Assembly (NCBI GenBank): GCA_964515645.1
Contig: CAZEVM010000005.1
Location: 1 to 45,981 of the forward strand
DNA length: 45,981 nucleotides
Direction of reading: 5' to 3'
From: an uncultured Candidatus Peribacteria bacterium
GTDB lineage: Bacteria; Patescibacteriota; Gracilibacteria; Peribacterales; Peribacteraceae
Made by a program: the position numbers and the translations under genes. A model generated the notes under the pieces. The model was not told where the DNA came from, ran no database searches, and saw nothing but the letters and a program-made list of their open reading frames with translations. Positions within the stretch are counted from its first letter, which is position 1, and every line of letters starts with the position of its first letter. Below are positions 8,087 to 17,320 of the stretch, piece after piece.

Positions 8087-9391
8087 ATGAAATTGGTTGT
8101 GGTCGGCACCGGCTATGTGGGTCTCGTCTGCGCGGCGACGTTCGCCAAGACGGGCTGTGACGTGGTGGGCGTCGATATCGATGCCGCCAAAGTAGAGCGC
8201 CTGCGCCGCGGCGAATCCCCCATCCACGAGCCCGGCCTGGAGGAGCTGATGAAGGAAGGCTTGGCCAACGACTGCCTATCGTTCTCCACCGACCTCAAGG
8301 AGGCGATCAAGGACGCGCACATCGTCCTCTCGGCTGTGCCCACGCCCACCAGCGCCGACGGGGCCAAGGCCGACCTAAGCGCCGTTCTGGCCGTCATCGA
8401 CGCGGTCGGCGAGCATGTGCAGGACGATCTCGTGTTCATCAACAAATCGACCGTGCCTGTGGGCACCGGCCGCGTCTGCCAGGCGCGCCTGGACAAGGCG
8501 CTCGCCGCCCGCGGGGCGAAGGCGCGCGTGGTGGTGGTGAGCAACCCGGAGTTCCTCCAAGAAGGCTCGGCCGTGCAGAACTCGCTCCAGCCCCACCGCA
8601 TCGTCATCGGTATCGACGACGGACCAGCCAAGATGATGGCCGCCGAACGCATGGCCGCGCTGTATCGCCCGTTCATTGGCGAGGGTGTGCCGGTAGCCCT
8701 GATGGATCTGCCGAGCGCCGAGGTGGTGAAGTACGCCAGCAACTCCTTCCTCGCCACGAAGATCAGCTTCATCAACATGATGAGCGAACTCTGCGAGAAG
8801 GTGGGCGCCGATGTGCGCGCCGTGGCCGCCGCCATGGGCCAAGACCCGCGCATCGGCAAAGCGTTCCTCAACGCTGGCGTAGGCTACGGCGGCAGCTGTT
8901 TCCCTAAGGATGTGCGCGCCCTGCTTGCCACAGGTGAGGAGTACGGCCTCGACCTGTCGCTCATCGCCGCCACCCAGCAGATCAATACGCACCAGCGCCA
9001 GCGCTTCTTCCAGATCATCCTCTCCACTCTGCCCGCCGCCTCCGAGGTGGCGGTATGGGGACTCGCCTTCAAGCCCGAGACCGACGACGTGCGCGAGTCG
9101 CCCAGTTTGGAACTCATCGCCGCCCTCAACGCCGCTGGCCACCATGTACGCGCCTACGACCCGGCCGCTAAACCACAGCTCCAGAATGTCACCATCGCCA
9201 AGGACGCCATAGAGGCCGTGACGGGAGCGGGCGCCCTGGTGCTCATGACCGAATGGGCCGAGTTCCGCGGCGCCGATCTGCCCGCCGTCCGCAAAGCGAT
9301 GGCCGGAAACCTGCTATTTGACGGTCGAAACATCTACGGACACGAGGCAGCCGAAGGCGCTGGCTTCGTCTATCGAGGGCTCGGTATCTGA
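8087..9391 (+). CDS. ugd: UDP-glucose 6-dehydrogenase
   Basis: N-terminal Rossmann motif VVGTGYVGLVCAATFAKTGCDVVGVDID. The GGSCFPKDV catalytic-Cys motif is present, and length is typical for the family (434 aa). Confidence 0.9.
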   Translation: MKLVVVGTGYVGLVCAATFAKTGCDVVGVDIDAAKVERLRRGESPIHEPGLEELMKEGLANDCLSFSTDLKEAIKDAHIVLSAVPTPTSADGAKADLSAVLAVIDAVGEHVQDDLVFINKSTVPVGTGRVCQARLDKALAARGAKARVVVVSNPEFLQEGSAVQNSLQPHRIVIGIDDGPAKMMAAERMAALYRPFIGEGVPVALMDLPSAEVVKYASNSFLATKISFINMMSELCEKVGADVRAVAAAMGQDPRIGKAFLNAGVGYGGSCFPKDVRALLATGEEYGLDLSLIAATQQINTHQRQRFFQIILSTLPAASEVAVWGLAFKPETDDVRESPSLELIAALNAAGHHVRAYDPAAKPQLQNVTIAKDAIEAVTGAGALVLMTEWAEFRGADLPAVRKAMAGNLLFDGRNIYGHEAAEGAGFVYRGLGI

Positions 9392-9397
9392 TACACT
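9389..9397 (+). promoter_or_regulatory. extended -10 (TGaTACACT) placed 6 nt before ATG 9404 (leaderless arrangement)
   Basis: TG-A-TACACT followed by cggggc and then the ATG, read directly. Confidence 0.5.
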
Positions 9398-9403
9398 CGG
9401 GGC

Positions 9404-10351
9404 ATGAAGATTCTCCTCACTGGCGCCGCTGGATTCATCGGCTATCACACCGCCGTCCGTTTGCTCGAGCGTGGTGACGAAGTAATCGGCTACGACAACG
9501 TCAGTCCCTACTACGATCCCGAGCTGAAGCGCGCCCGCCTGGAGAAGCTCTCGAAGTACTCAAACTTCACCTTCACTGAGGCAGACATTCTCGACCGCCC
9601 GTCTCTGGCCAAGGCCATGACCGGCGTCGACCGCGTCATCCACTTGGCCGCCATCGCCGGTGTACGGTACTCGCTCGAGCATCCCGAGGAGTACATCGAG
9701 ATCAACATCCGCGGCTTCTTCCACGTGATCGACGAAGTGAAAAAGCAGCAGATCCCGGGCCTCATCTACGCCAGTTCCAGCTCCATCTACGGCGGCAACA
9801 CGAGCTTTCCGTCGAAAGAGAGCGACCAAACGGAGAACCAACTCTCGCTCTACGGGCAGAACAAGAAGGACAACGAGCTCATGGCTCGCACGTACTGGAA
9901 CATGTTCAAGGTGAAGTCGACGGGACTGCGGTTCTTCACCGTCTACGGCCCGCTCGGCCGACCGGACATGGCGCTCTTCCTCTTCACCGACGCCATCCTC
10001 AAGGACCAGCCGATCAAGGTCTTCAACGCCGGCAAAATGCAGCGCGACTTCACATACGTGGACGACATTGTCTCGGGCATCGTCGCCGCCACCGACAAGA
10101 ACTACGACTGCGAACTCTTCAACCTCGGCTGCGGCCGCACGGAGGAACTGATGGATTACATCGGCGCCGTGGAGAAGGCCGTCGGTAAGGAGGCGAAGAA
10201 GGAGATGCTGCCCATGCAGACTGGTGACACCTCACGCAGCGCTGCCGACCTCACCAAAGCCAAGGCCATGCTCGGCTTCGACCCCCAGACGCCCATCAGC
10301 ATCGGTGTGCCGAAGTTTGTGGCCTGGTACCGGGAATACTACGGAATGTAA
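9404..10351 (+). CDS. NAD-dependent sugar-nucleotide epimerase (UDP-glucuronate 4-epimerase-like)
   Basis: It has the GAAGFIGYH Rossmann motif, the SDR YxxxK signature (YGQNKKDNE) and an extended-SDR length of 315 aa. It lies directly downstream of ugd. Confidence 0.8.
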   Translation: MKILLTGAAGFIGYHTAVRLLERGDEVIGYDNVSPYYDPELKRARLEKLSKYSNFTFTEADILDRPSLAKAMTGVDRVIHLAAIAGVRYSLEHPEEYIEINIRGFFHVIDEVKKQQIPGLIYASSSSIYGGNTSFPSKESDQTENQLSLYGQNKKDNELMARTYWNMFKVKSTGLRFFTVYGPLGRPDMALFLFTDAILKDQPIKVFNAGKMQRDFTYVDDIVSGIVAATDKNYDCELFNLGCGRTEELMDYIGAVEKAVGKEAKKEMLPMQTGDTSRSAADLTKAKAMLGFDPQTPISIGVPKFVAWYREYYGM

Positions 10352-10375
10352 GCCATATTGGTTAATTCACAGTAT

Positions 10376-10404
10376 TTGACAATATATTTTTTATATTGTT
10401 TAAT
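10376..10404 (+). promoter_or_regulatory. AT-rich sigma-70 promoter TTGACA-N17-TTTAAT
   Basis: A perfect -35 at 10376-10381, a 17-nt spacer and TTTAAT at 10399-10404, inside a conspicuously AT-rich island in a GC-rich window. Confidence 0.6.
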
Positions 10405-10461
10405 ATGATTATCGGTAACGCAGGCGTCTGCGGCCGAGAGCGCCCTTTCACTGGAGGCAGC

Positions 10462-10899
10462 ATGTTGATTCACTGGTTGGTCGCCGCGCTCAAGACGATG
10501 GCGATCATGTTGGCCACGCAGATTTGCACCCTGACCCTCATGTTCGGGACGGGATTGCTCATCAAGAGCAGCGGGATCCAGCACGTGGTGACGATCGATC
10601 GGATGTTGATCGATCTCATCATCGCCGTCAGCCTCGGCGTCACGGCCGGCCTGCTCTACGTGTCCCTGGCCGTTCGCCGGCGCACGGACGATGAGTCGAT
10701 CGTCTGGATGGCGCTGATGACGGCTCAGTCATTCATCGGACTGATCGCCGATCTCAGCATCATCGACAGGCTGTATGGCACGCACTGGGCACCGCACATC
10801 GGTTCCCCGTACAACTACATCGGGGCCGGGGTCTACCTGACCCTGGCGCTCATCCTCATCGCCCTACAGGGCATCTCCACCTCACGGCCCACGACGTAA
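10462..10899 (+). CDS. hypothetical multi-pass membrane protein (145 aa)
   Basis: ATG 10462 is preceded by GGAGG (10453-10457), whereas the track start at 10396 is a TTG inside the promoter. The protein has about four hydrophobic helices. I recognise no family. Confidence 0.65.
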   Translation: MLIHWLVAALKTMAIMLATQICTLTLMFGTGLLIKSSGIQHVVTIDRMLIDLIIAVSLGVTAGLLYVSLAVRRRTDDESIVWMALMTAQSFIGLIADLSIIDRLYGTHWAPHIGSPYNYIGAGVYLTLALILIALQGISTSRPTT

Positions 10900-10914
10900 C
10901 CTCGGGCCACACCC

Positions 10915-10949
10915 ATCCCGTCTGCCACCTCGGCCGGCGGGATTTTTTA
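10915..10949 (+). terminator. imperfect hairpin plus T-tract between convergent genes
   Basis: ATCCCG...CGGGAT outer stem with GC-rich inner pairing, followed by TTTTTTAT. It overlaps the stop codon of the minus-strand dehydrogenase gene. Confidence 0.5.
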
Positions 10950-11861
10950 TGCCAACGCCAACGCCGGCCGCTTACCCTCGAGCCACTCGCGGATGGAGAC
11001 CGCCGTCTGGCCATAGAGCTCTTTCACGCTGTCATCGGTGTAGAAGGCCACGTGCGGCGTTACCACCACGTTGGGATGATCGATGAGGCCGTGCTCCGCG
11101 CTGAGATCATGCTCGTCGGGCAGAACGTCGAGCAGCGCCTTGCCGACGCGACCGCTCTTGAGCGCGGCCACTAAGGCTTCAGCATCGATGAGAGCGCCGC
11201 GGGCCGTGTTCACCAAGACCAGTCCGGGCTTACAGGCGGAGAGGGTCTTCTCATTCACCATGTTCTTCGTCTCCGGCAGTAGCGGCATGTGGAGTGACAC
11301 CACGTCGCTCTGCTTCCAGAGCTCATCCCATTCCACGTAATCGACGCCCTGCACCCTGAAGACGTCGTAGGCGATCACGCGCATACCGAATCCTTGCGCG
11401 ATCTGGATGAGATTGCGGCCAATGCGGCCCGTGCCCGCCACGCCCATCGTCTTGCCCCGCAGCGCCATGCCCTTAAGCCCCTGCCACGAGAAATCACCCG
11501 CCTTCACTCGCTTGTCCCCTTCCGGCACATGACGCACGGCCGAGAGCAGCAGCGCGAAGGCGTGCTCGGCGATGACGTGCGCGCCGTAGTCGGGCACGGA
11601 GCAGACGACGATGCCGCGCGCCTTGCAAGCGGCCAGGTCGATGTGATCAGTCCCGGCGGAACGTGTGCAGAGCAGTTTTAGATTGGGCAACGCGGCGATG
11701 GTCTCGGCCGTGAAGCGCGAGGTGACGAACGTGACGATAACGTCGGCGTGAACCATCTCCGCAACCGGCGCATCAGCCGGGGCAAAGGTGGCATCGGGAA
11801 AATTGCCCAGCACGAGCGACTGCTCGTCAGGCGCGACGTCGAGAAAGAGGGGGGAGGCCAT
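10947..11861 (-). CDS. D-isomer-specific 2-hydroxyacid dehydrogenase family protein
   Basis: It has the NAD-binding motif GVAGTGRIGRNLIQIAQGFGMRVIAYD, RGALID and the catalytic-His region TPHVAFYT. The start was set to ATG 11861 (MASPLFLDV...) because the 65-aa N-terminal extension in the track looks non-coding. Confidence 0.85.
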   Translation of the reverse strand: MASPLFLDVAPDEQSLVLGNFPDATFAPADAPVAEMVHADVIVTFVTSRFTAETIAALPNLKLLCTRSAGTDHIDLAACKARGIVVCSVPDYGAHVIAEHAFALLLSAVRHVPEGDKRVKAGDFSWQGLKGMALRGKTMGVAGTGRIGRNLIQIAQGFGMRVIAYDVFRVQGVDYVEWDELWKQSDVVSLHMPLLPETKNMVNEKTLSACKPGLVLVNTARGALIDAEALVAALKSGRVGKALLDVLPDEHDLSAEHGLIDHPNVVVTPHVAFYTDDSVKELYGQTAVSIREWLEGKRPALALA

Positions 11862-11943
11862 AGGAGATGGCCAAACGATACAGACAACGGAACGGTCTGG
11901 CGAGAAAGGTGAAAGAGCGCCCCTCGGGAGTACAGTTCGCCTA

Positions 11944-12522
11944 ATGCCAACCAAGCCCAAGAAGACTGCCCGCCACCGCCCCTCTGCCCTGCTGAATAAG
12001 GAACATCTGGCAGCCGCCGTGGAGCGGAACATTAAAACGCTGTCCGAGATCCGCAATCAGATGGAACGTAGCCGCACCATCCAAGATCGTATCGCGGATA
12101 TGATCACAAACTTCTCGGGCTCGACGCTCTTCCTCTACCTCCACATCCTGTGGTTTGGTACGTGGATCATCATCAACACCGGTTCTCTTGAGAAACTTGG
12201 GCTGCCCGCCTTCGATCCGTTCCCCTACGGACTACTGACGATGATTGTCTCGCTCGAGGCGATCTTCCTCTCCACCTTTGTTCTCATCAGTCAGCAGCGC
12301 CTCTCGGAGGTGCAGGATGACCGCGCCGATTTAGATCTGCAGATCGACCTACTCGCCGAATACGAGATCACGAAGATCCTGACGATCGTCGATGCCATGG
12401 CTCATAAGATGGGCCTGCACGAAGGCAAGGACCCTGAATTGGCCGAGTTGAAGACCGAGATCAAGCCCGAACAGATCCTGCGCGAGATAGAAGCTCGCAA
12501 AAAGCGCTTAGGCCTCCAATAA
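11944..12522 (+). CDS. DUF1003-like membrane protein
   Basis: The start was set to ATG 11944 (MPTKPKK...), which is preceded by TACAGT-N7. Supporting pattern: ADMITNFSGSTLFLYLHILWFGTWIIIN ... FDPFPYGLLTMIVSLEAIFLSTFVLISQQR, followed by a coiled C-terminus. Confidence 0.7.
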   Translation: MPTKPKKTARHRPSALLNKEHLAAAVERNIKTLSEIRNQMERSRTIQDRIADMITNFSGSTLFLYLHILWFGTWIIINTGSLEKLGLPAFDPFPYGLLTMIVSLEAIFLSTFVLISQQRLSEVQDDRADLDLQIDLLAEYEITKILTIVDAMAHKMGLHEGKDPELAELKTEIKPEQILREIEARKKRLGLQ

Positions 12523-12529
12523 AGCGCGC

Positions 12530-12535
12530 TATACT
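12530..12535 (+). promoter_or_regulatory. -10 box TATACT placed 6 nt before ATG 12542 (leaderless arrangement)
   Basis: TATACT-gggtcc-ATG read directly. Confidence 0.5.
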
Positions 12536-12541
12536 GGGTCC

Positions 12542-13135
12542 ATGAAGATCCTCGCCCTCGAGACGAACGAGGACCGGCTCAAGGAAGACCTGATCACTGC
12601 CAACGAGCAGCTGCTCCTGGCGATACATTTCTCGGGCTTCCTCTTTGGCGCCCGTTTGATCAGGAGCATCTTTTGGACGTTGGTTCTCACGGGCGTCACG
12701 ATCGGGGAAATTCTCGCCGGAGTCGAACCCTTCTGGGCCATTCTCCTGTCGATCATCATCTGGATTCCGTGGGTTGGCTGGCGGATGCTCACCGCTTGGA
12801 TCGATTGGCGCTACGACGTCTTGCTGGTGACCACCGACAAGATCATCGTCGTCGACCAATCGTCGATCGTCCGCTCGTCCATCCAGCAGATGAACATCGA
12901 GAACATCGCCAGCGTCACCGCCCACACCCAGTTTGGTGATCTCTTCCCCTTTGGCCGCCTCTGCTTCGACCTCAAGGAAGGCACCGGCCAGCGCATGATC
13001 TTGCCCTACGTGCCCCGCGCCCGGGCCGTGGCCTCCACCATCGCCAACATCGTCATGGACTTCCAGGGCCGCCGCGCCGTGAAGGCGCCCAACGTCCACG
13101 TGCACGACTCCCTCGAGCCACAGATCAACATTTGA
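12542..13135 (+). CDS. membrane protein with a membrane-flanked PH (bPH_2/YdbT-like) domain
   Basis: Two N-terminal hydrophobic helices are followed by WRYDVLLVTTDKIIVVDQSSIVRSSIQQMNIENIASV, a pattern typical of the bacterial PH family. Confidence 0.55.
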   Translation: MKILALETNEDRLKEDLITANEQLLLAIHFSGFLFGARLIRSIFWTLVLTGVTIGEILAGVEPFWAILLSIIIWIPWVGWRMLTAWIDWRYDVLLVTTDKIIVVDQSSIVRSSIQQMNIENIASVTAHTQFGDLFPFGRLCFDLKEGTGQRMILPYVPRARAVASTIANIVMDFQGRRAVKAPNVHVHDSLEPQINI

Positions 13136-13161
13136 CGGCCGTGACCGGAAGGCTCGGCATG

Positions 13162-13170
13162 TGCTAGCGT
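13162..13170 (+). promoter_or_regulatory. extended -10 (TGcTAGCGT) 6 nt before ATG 13177 (leaderless arrangement)
   Basis: TG-C-TAGCGT-aatcac-ATG read directly. Confidence 0.45.
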
Positions 13171-13176
13171 AATCAC

Positions 13177-14607
13177 ATGCCTCCCCGCCTTGCTGATCCC
13201 GCCCAGGATTTCCCCCAGTGGTACCTCGACGTCATTGCCCACGCCGACTTGGCGGAGCATGCCGACGTGAAGGGTTGCATCATCTTCAAGCCCTACGGTT
13301 ACGCTATCTGGGAAGCCATCCAGGCCGACCTCGACCGGCGCATCAAGGCGCTGGAGGTGCAAAACGCCTACTTCCCGCTCTTCATCCCGGAATCGGTGAT
13401 GAACAAGGAAAAGGACCACATCGAGGGATTCGCACCCGAGTGCGCGGTGGTCACCCACGGCGGCGGCAAGGAACTGACCGAGAAGCTCTACGTCCGACCC
13501 ACCAGCGAGACGATCATTTACTCCACGTTCGCCAAGTGGATTCAGAGCCACCGTGACCTGCCCATGCGCGTGAACCAGTGGTGCAACGTCGTGCGCTGGG
13601 AGATGCGTACGCGCCCGTTCCTGCGCACGCTCGAGTTCCTCTGGCAGGAGGGCCACACCGCCCACGCCACCAAGGCCGAGGCCGACGAGATGGTGGAGAA
13701 CGCCCTCAAGATGTACGCCGACTTCGACCGCGAGATGCTGGCCCTGCCGGTGCTCCGCGGCCGCAAGCCCGAGCACGAGAAGTTCGCCGGCGCGCTCTAC
13801 ACGCTGACCACCGAGGCCCTCGCCCGCGACGGCAAGGCCATCCAGGCCGGCACCTCGCATAACCTGGGCAACGAGTTCTCGGCCGCCTACGGCATCAGCT
13901 ACCTCGACGAGGCCGGCCAGCAGCAGTCCCCCTGGACCACCAGCTGGGGTCTCTCCACACGCATCATCGGCACCATGATCGTGGTGCACGGCGACGCCAA
14001 GGGCCTGCGCCTACCGCCCCGCGTGGCGCCGGTGCAGGTGGTGATCGTGCCCATCTACAAGGCCGACGAGGAGCGCGCAGCCGTGCTGGCCAGCTGTGAC
14101 GCCATCAAGAAGGCGCTCGGTTCGGTGCGCACCAAGATCGACGACCGCGACAACAAGTCCCCCGGCTTCAAGTTTAACGAGTGGGAAATCAAGGGCGTGC
14201 CCGTCCGCATCGAGGTGGGCCCGCGCGACCTGCAGGAGAAGAAGGTCACCGTCGTGGACCGCAGCACCGGCGAGAAGAGTCAAATGGACATCGCCGCCTG
14301 CACTGAGGCCGCCTTCAAGGCGCACCTCGATGACGTGCACGACCGCATGCTCAAGGAAGCGGAGAGTTTCCTGAAGGAGCGTACCTTCACCGTCGAGACG
14401 TTCGCCGAGTTGGAGGAGAAGATGGAGGCCGGCGGCTTTGCCTGGGCCCCGTGGGACGGCACGCTTGAGACGGCCAACAAGATCAAGGATAAGACGAAGG
14501 CCACCATCCGCCTGTTGCCGGAAGGCGAGCAGAAGATGGACGGCAAAAAGGACGTCCTCAGCGGCGCTCCGGCCGTGACGATGGCGCTCTTCGCGAAGGC
14601 CTACTGA
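13177..14607 (+). CDS. proS: prolyl-tRNA synthetase, archaeal/eukaryote-like type
   Basis: FPQWYLDVIAHADLAEHADVKGCIIFKPYGYAIWE, class II motifs (TSETIIY, FLWQEGHTAH, GTSHNLG) and a length of 476 aa without the bacterial editing insertion. Confidence 0.9.
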   Translation: MPPRLADPAQDFPQWYLDVIAHADLAEHADVKGCIIFKPYGYAIWEAIQADLDRRIKALEVQNAYFPLFIPESVMNKEKDHIEGFAPECAVVTHGGGKELTEKLYVRPTSETIIYSTFAKWIQSHRDLPMRVNQWCNVVRWEMRTRPFLRTLEFLWQEGHTAHATKAEADEMVENALKMYADFDREMLALPVLRGRKPEHEKFAGALYTLTTEALARDGKAIQAGTSHNLGNEFSAAYGISYLDEAGQQQSPWTTSWGLSTRIIGTMIVVHGDAKGLRLPPRVAPVQVVIVPIYKADEERAAVLASCDAIKKALGSVRTKIDDRDNKSPGFKFNEWEIKGVPVRIEVGPRDLQEKKVTVVDRSTGEKSQMDIAACTEAAFKAHLDDVHDRMLKEAESFLKERTFTVETFAELEEKMEAGGFAWAPWDGTLETANKIKDKTKATIRLLPEGEQKMDGKKDVLSGAPAVTMALFAKAY

Positions 14608-14613
14608 GGCCGC

Positions 14614-15033
14614 TCAGCGGTTGATGAAGATGATGCCCAGGAACGTCACCAGGGCGCCGAAGGCGATGCCGCCGAGCACTTCGGTGAACGAGTGCCCCAA
14701 GCGCTCCTTGAGGTGCTGCCAGTGCTGCAGGCGATTCAAGATCTGCGCCTGTTGGCCCAGCTGGCGGCGCACGGCCACGGCGTCGTACCAGACGATGCAG
14801 GCCAGGATGAAGGCAATCGCGAACTCGGTGGACTCGATCCCCTGGCGCTTCCACACCACGAGCATGAGCGACGTGACGAAGGCCGAGTGCGAGCTGGGGA
14901 ACCCACCAGGATGGAAGAGCTTCTCCTCCCAGTTACCGGCGCGCAGGTAATGCACGAAGAACTTCGTGAACTCCGTCAGCACGAGCACGACGACGGGGAT
15001 CAGGAAGATGTACGTCGAGAGGAGGCGTTCCAT
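14614..15033 (-). CDS. divergent PAP2 / DUF212 family membrane protein
   Basis: It has the GGFPSSHSAFVTSL motif and about three hydrophobic helices. The start was set to ATG 15033, which is preceded by TGcTATTCT-N6. Confidence 0.75.
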   Translation of the reverse strand: MERLLSTYIFLIPVVVLVLTEFTKFFVHYLRAGNWEEKLFHPGGFPSSHSAFVTSLMLVVWKRQGIESTEFAIAFILACIVWYDAVAVRRQLGQQAQILNRLQHWQHLKERLGHSFTEVLGGIAFGALVTFLGIIFINR

Positions 15034-15069
15034 GGCGGAAGAATAGCAGTAAACCGGCACCAGCGCCTC

Positions 15070-16152
15070 TTACGCCTGAGACTTGAAGGTCAGGCGGACG
15101 TTCTCGACCGCACCGGCGCCGCCGGCCTGGCGACGGGTCGGCACATCCACAACCACGTCGGCCGTGCCGACGGGCGAGTTCTGCACGCGGGTCAGGGCGG
15201 CCACCAGGTCGGCGCGAGCGATGTAGCGCACCTCCGCACCATTGTTCACGCTCAGCGTGGCCTCGGCGCCACTGAGGCGCAGCGTGGTGGGTTCGTTGCG
15301 GAAGCGCGTGCTCAAGTTGCCGAGCGTACCATCGGCCGTGAGGCTGAAGGTGCGCGTGCCAACACGCAGGTTGGTGGTATTCGTCGTGCCTTCGGTGCCG
15401 TTCACAAAGCCGATGTCCAAACCCGGTGCCAGGGTGATGGTGCGGCCCTGAAGTTGGGAGGCGAGGAGGTTCAGGTTCTCGATCTGAGCAACCGGAATAG
15501 CGCCGGACACACTCTGCAACTGCGTGAGACGGCTCGCCTCATCATTGCCGCTGTCTGTAGGAGCACCCTCGCGAGCACGCGCCCACGGCGTCAGGCCGGC
15601 AAAGCCCGAAAGAATAACGCCACCGCCGAGGATCGCGGCGATCGCTCGCTTGGGAGCCGACGAAATGCCGCGCCACAAACGACGCAAACCAGCGACCAAC
15701 GCTGCACCGCCAGCCGCGGCCAGGGCAAACACTCCGACGCGCTTGATCGTCGAATTACCCTCTGCATCAAGGTTTCGCGCCAGAAACGATGACGTACTTT
15801 CAAAGGCAGTACTGACGCCGCGACGAGCGCCGCCGGCCAATACCGTAGCGCCACTCGCGATGGTATCCACCGTACTCATCGCCGCGTCCTGAGTGGCCTC
15901 GCCCCAGCCGCGCTCAAGAGCGCGATGCATGGCATCAAGGCTGTTACGGGTATTCACCTCGACATTCTGGCGAGCAGAAAGCCAACGTTGGATGAGTCCC
16001 CGTAGTTCGTTGCGCTGCTGGCGAGAAATGCGATTGTCCCGAACAGCATTCGCCACCGACTGTTGCAGGCGGTTCAGGTCTGCGATATTCACCTCCTGAT
16101 TCTGTCGCAGGCTCTCGATGACGGGGTGATCGGCGAAGTTGAAGTTAGCCAT
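15070..16152 (-). CDS. hypothetical membrane protein, third gene of the orphan trio (360 aa from ATG 16152; the track offers GTG 16167)
   Basis: It has a Q/R-rich helical N-domain and two hydrophobic helices (VGVFALAAAGGAALVAGL and AIAAILGGGVILSGFAGL), followed by a Thr/Val/Gly-rich beta-type C-domain. The ATG lies 4 nt after the stop of the preceding gene. I recognise no family. Confidence 0.75.
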   Translation of the reverse strand: MANFNFADHPVIESLRQNQEVNIADLNRLQQSVANAVRDNRISRQQRNELRGLIQRWLSARQNVEVNTRNSLDAMHRALERGWGEATQDAAMSTVDTIASGATVLAGGARRGVSTAFESTSSFLARNLDAEGNSTIKRVGVFALAAAGGAALVAGLRRLWRGISSAPKRAIAAILGGGVILSGFAGLTPWARAREGAPTDSGNDEASRLTQLQSVSGAIPVAQIENLNLLASQLQGRTITLAPGLDIGFVNGTEGTTNTTNLRVGTRTFSLTADGTLGNLSTRFRNEPTTLRLSGAEATLSVNNGAEVRYIARADLVAALTRVQNSPVGTADVVVDVPTRRQAGGAGAVENVRLTFKSQA

Positions 16153-16156
16153 AAGA

Positions 16157-17317
16157 TTAGGAGACACGGAGAGTGCGCGTCAGCGACGTCGGCGGGGCGC
16201 CGACGGCGAGCGTGAGGGTAGCGGCGGGAGAAGCTGTGGCACCGCGCTGAATGCGGATGCCGGTCGGTGTGCGGGAGATCGTCACAGCGCCCACAGTGAC
16301 AGCTCGCGCTGTAGTCACCGCCTGGCCGTTCAAGCTCACCGGAGCGCTGGGAGGCGTGAGGATGAAGTCCTGACTGAAGTTGCGCGTCACGTTGAGGCCG
16401 GCGGCCGGCACGTTAATGGACGCGACCGCGGCGCGCGGGCCGACGCCAGCCGTCTCTTGGGCCAAGCTCACGATCTGCTGGAGCGTGACAGTGCCGTTGG
16501 TGGCACGCAGGCGCGTCTGGGCGCGCTGGGCGAGCTGCTGCAGGTAGAGGTTGGCGTCGGTACCGGCGCTCACGGCGTTCTGCTGAAGCGTCTTGAGCGT
16601 AGTAAGCAGCGCCTCGTCACCACGGACGCGGACGATGCGCAAATTCACCACCGAGAACTGATTCTGGAGCGGCCCAAGAATATCGCTGGCGCCAGCCATG
16701 GCACTCACGCTCTGTGTCAGCTGGGTCTCCACCACAGAAGAGACCGCTCCGCCTCCCATAAAGTTGCGGAAGAGGCCAAGCACGGCCGTAGTGCCGACGG
16801 CACTCATGATCGGCGCGGCGGCCGGATTTTGGGCAAAGCGCTCGCGAATCCAGTTGCCAGCACGGCCGGCGTAGAACGACGCGCGAGCGATGAGGTTATC
16901 GATGCGCTGCGACGTAGAAGTGGGATTCGGGAACGGCGGCACGAACGTCGGAGCGGGCGTCGGACCCTGCGGCGTCACCGGCACGGCCTCAATGGGAGCC
17001 GGCTCAGGTTCAGGCTCAGGGGTCGGCGTCGGTTCTACCGGCGCGGCCGGCTCTTCGCTGAGGAGACTCTCCGCAAATTGGCTATGCTGATCGACAACGG
17101 TATCGAGTTCGGTCTGGATGGCTGGACGATCGGCGGCGTCGAGTTGCTGTACCTGGGTGCGCAACGTCGTCAGACGCGAGCGAACATCACGAGCCACGCG
17201 GACGCGCTCGGCGCGGTCGGCCGAGGCGCGAGCCTGCTGGATGTCGTACCGCACGGCTTCCAGGCTGCAGCGGACGTCGACGGGATTAGGCCGATCGGGA
17301 GTGGTTTCACTGGGCAT
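16157..17317 (-). CDS. hypothetical protein with coiled-coil N-domain, Pro/Glu/Thr linker, hydrophobic segment and beta-rich C-domain (386 aa)
   Basis: Segments in order: RAERVRVARDVRSRLTTLRTQVQQLD, the linker EPTPTPEPEPEPAPIEAVPVTP, the hydrophobic stretch IMSAVGTTAVLGLFRNFMGGGAVSSVV, and a T/V/A-rich C-terminus. There is a 3-nt gap to the upstream gene. The 631-aa ORF on the opposite strand is an Arg/Gly/His-rich shadow. Confidence 0.75.
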   Translation of the reverse strand: MPSETTPDRPNPVDVRCSLEAVRYDIQQARASADRAERVRVARDVRSRLTTLRTQVQQLDAADRPAIQTELDTVVDQHSQFAESLLSEEPAAPVEPTPTPEPEPEPAPIEAVPVTPQGPTPAPTFVPPFPNPTSTSQRIDNLIARASFYAGRAGNWIRERFAQNPAAAPIMSAVGTTAVLGLFRNFMGGGAVSSVVETQLTQSVSAMAGASDILGPLQNQFSVVNLRIVRVRGDEALLTTLKTLQQNAVSAGTDANLYLQQLAQRAQTRLRATNGTVTLQQIVSLAQETAGVGPRAAVASINVPAAGLNVTRNFSQDFILTPPSAPVSLNGQAVTTARAVTVGAVTISRTPTGIRIQRGATASPAATLTLAVGAPPTSLTRTLRVS

Positions 17318-17320
17318 GAC

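Noticed and set aside
16960-17060. Short nucleotide periodicity (GGCTCAGGTTCAGGCTCAGG...) that looked like a tandem repeat.
   Set aside because: It is simply the coding sequence of a PEPEPEP/TPTP low-complexity linker in the 386-aa protein, not an independent repeat element.
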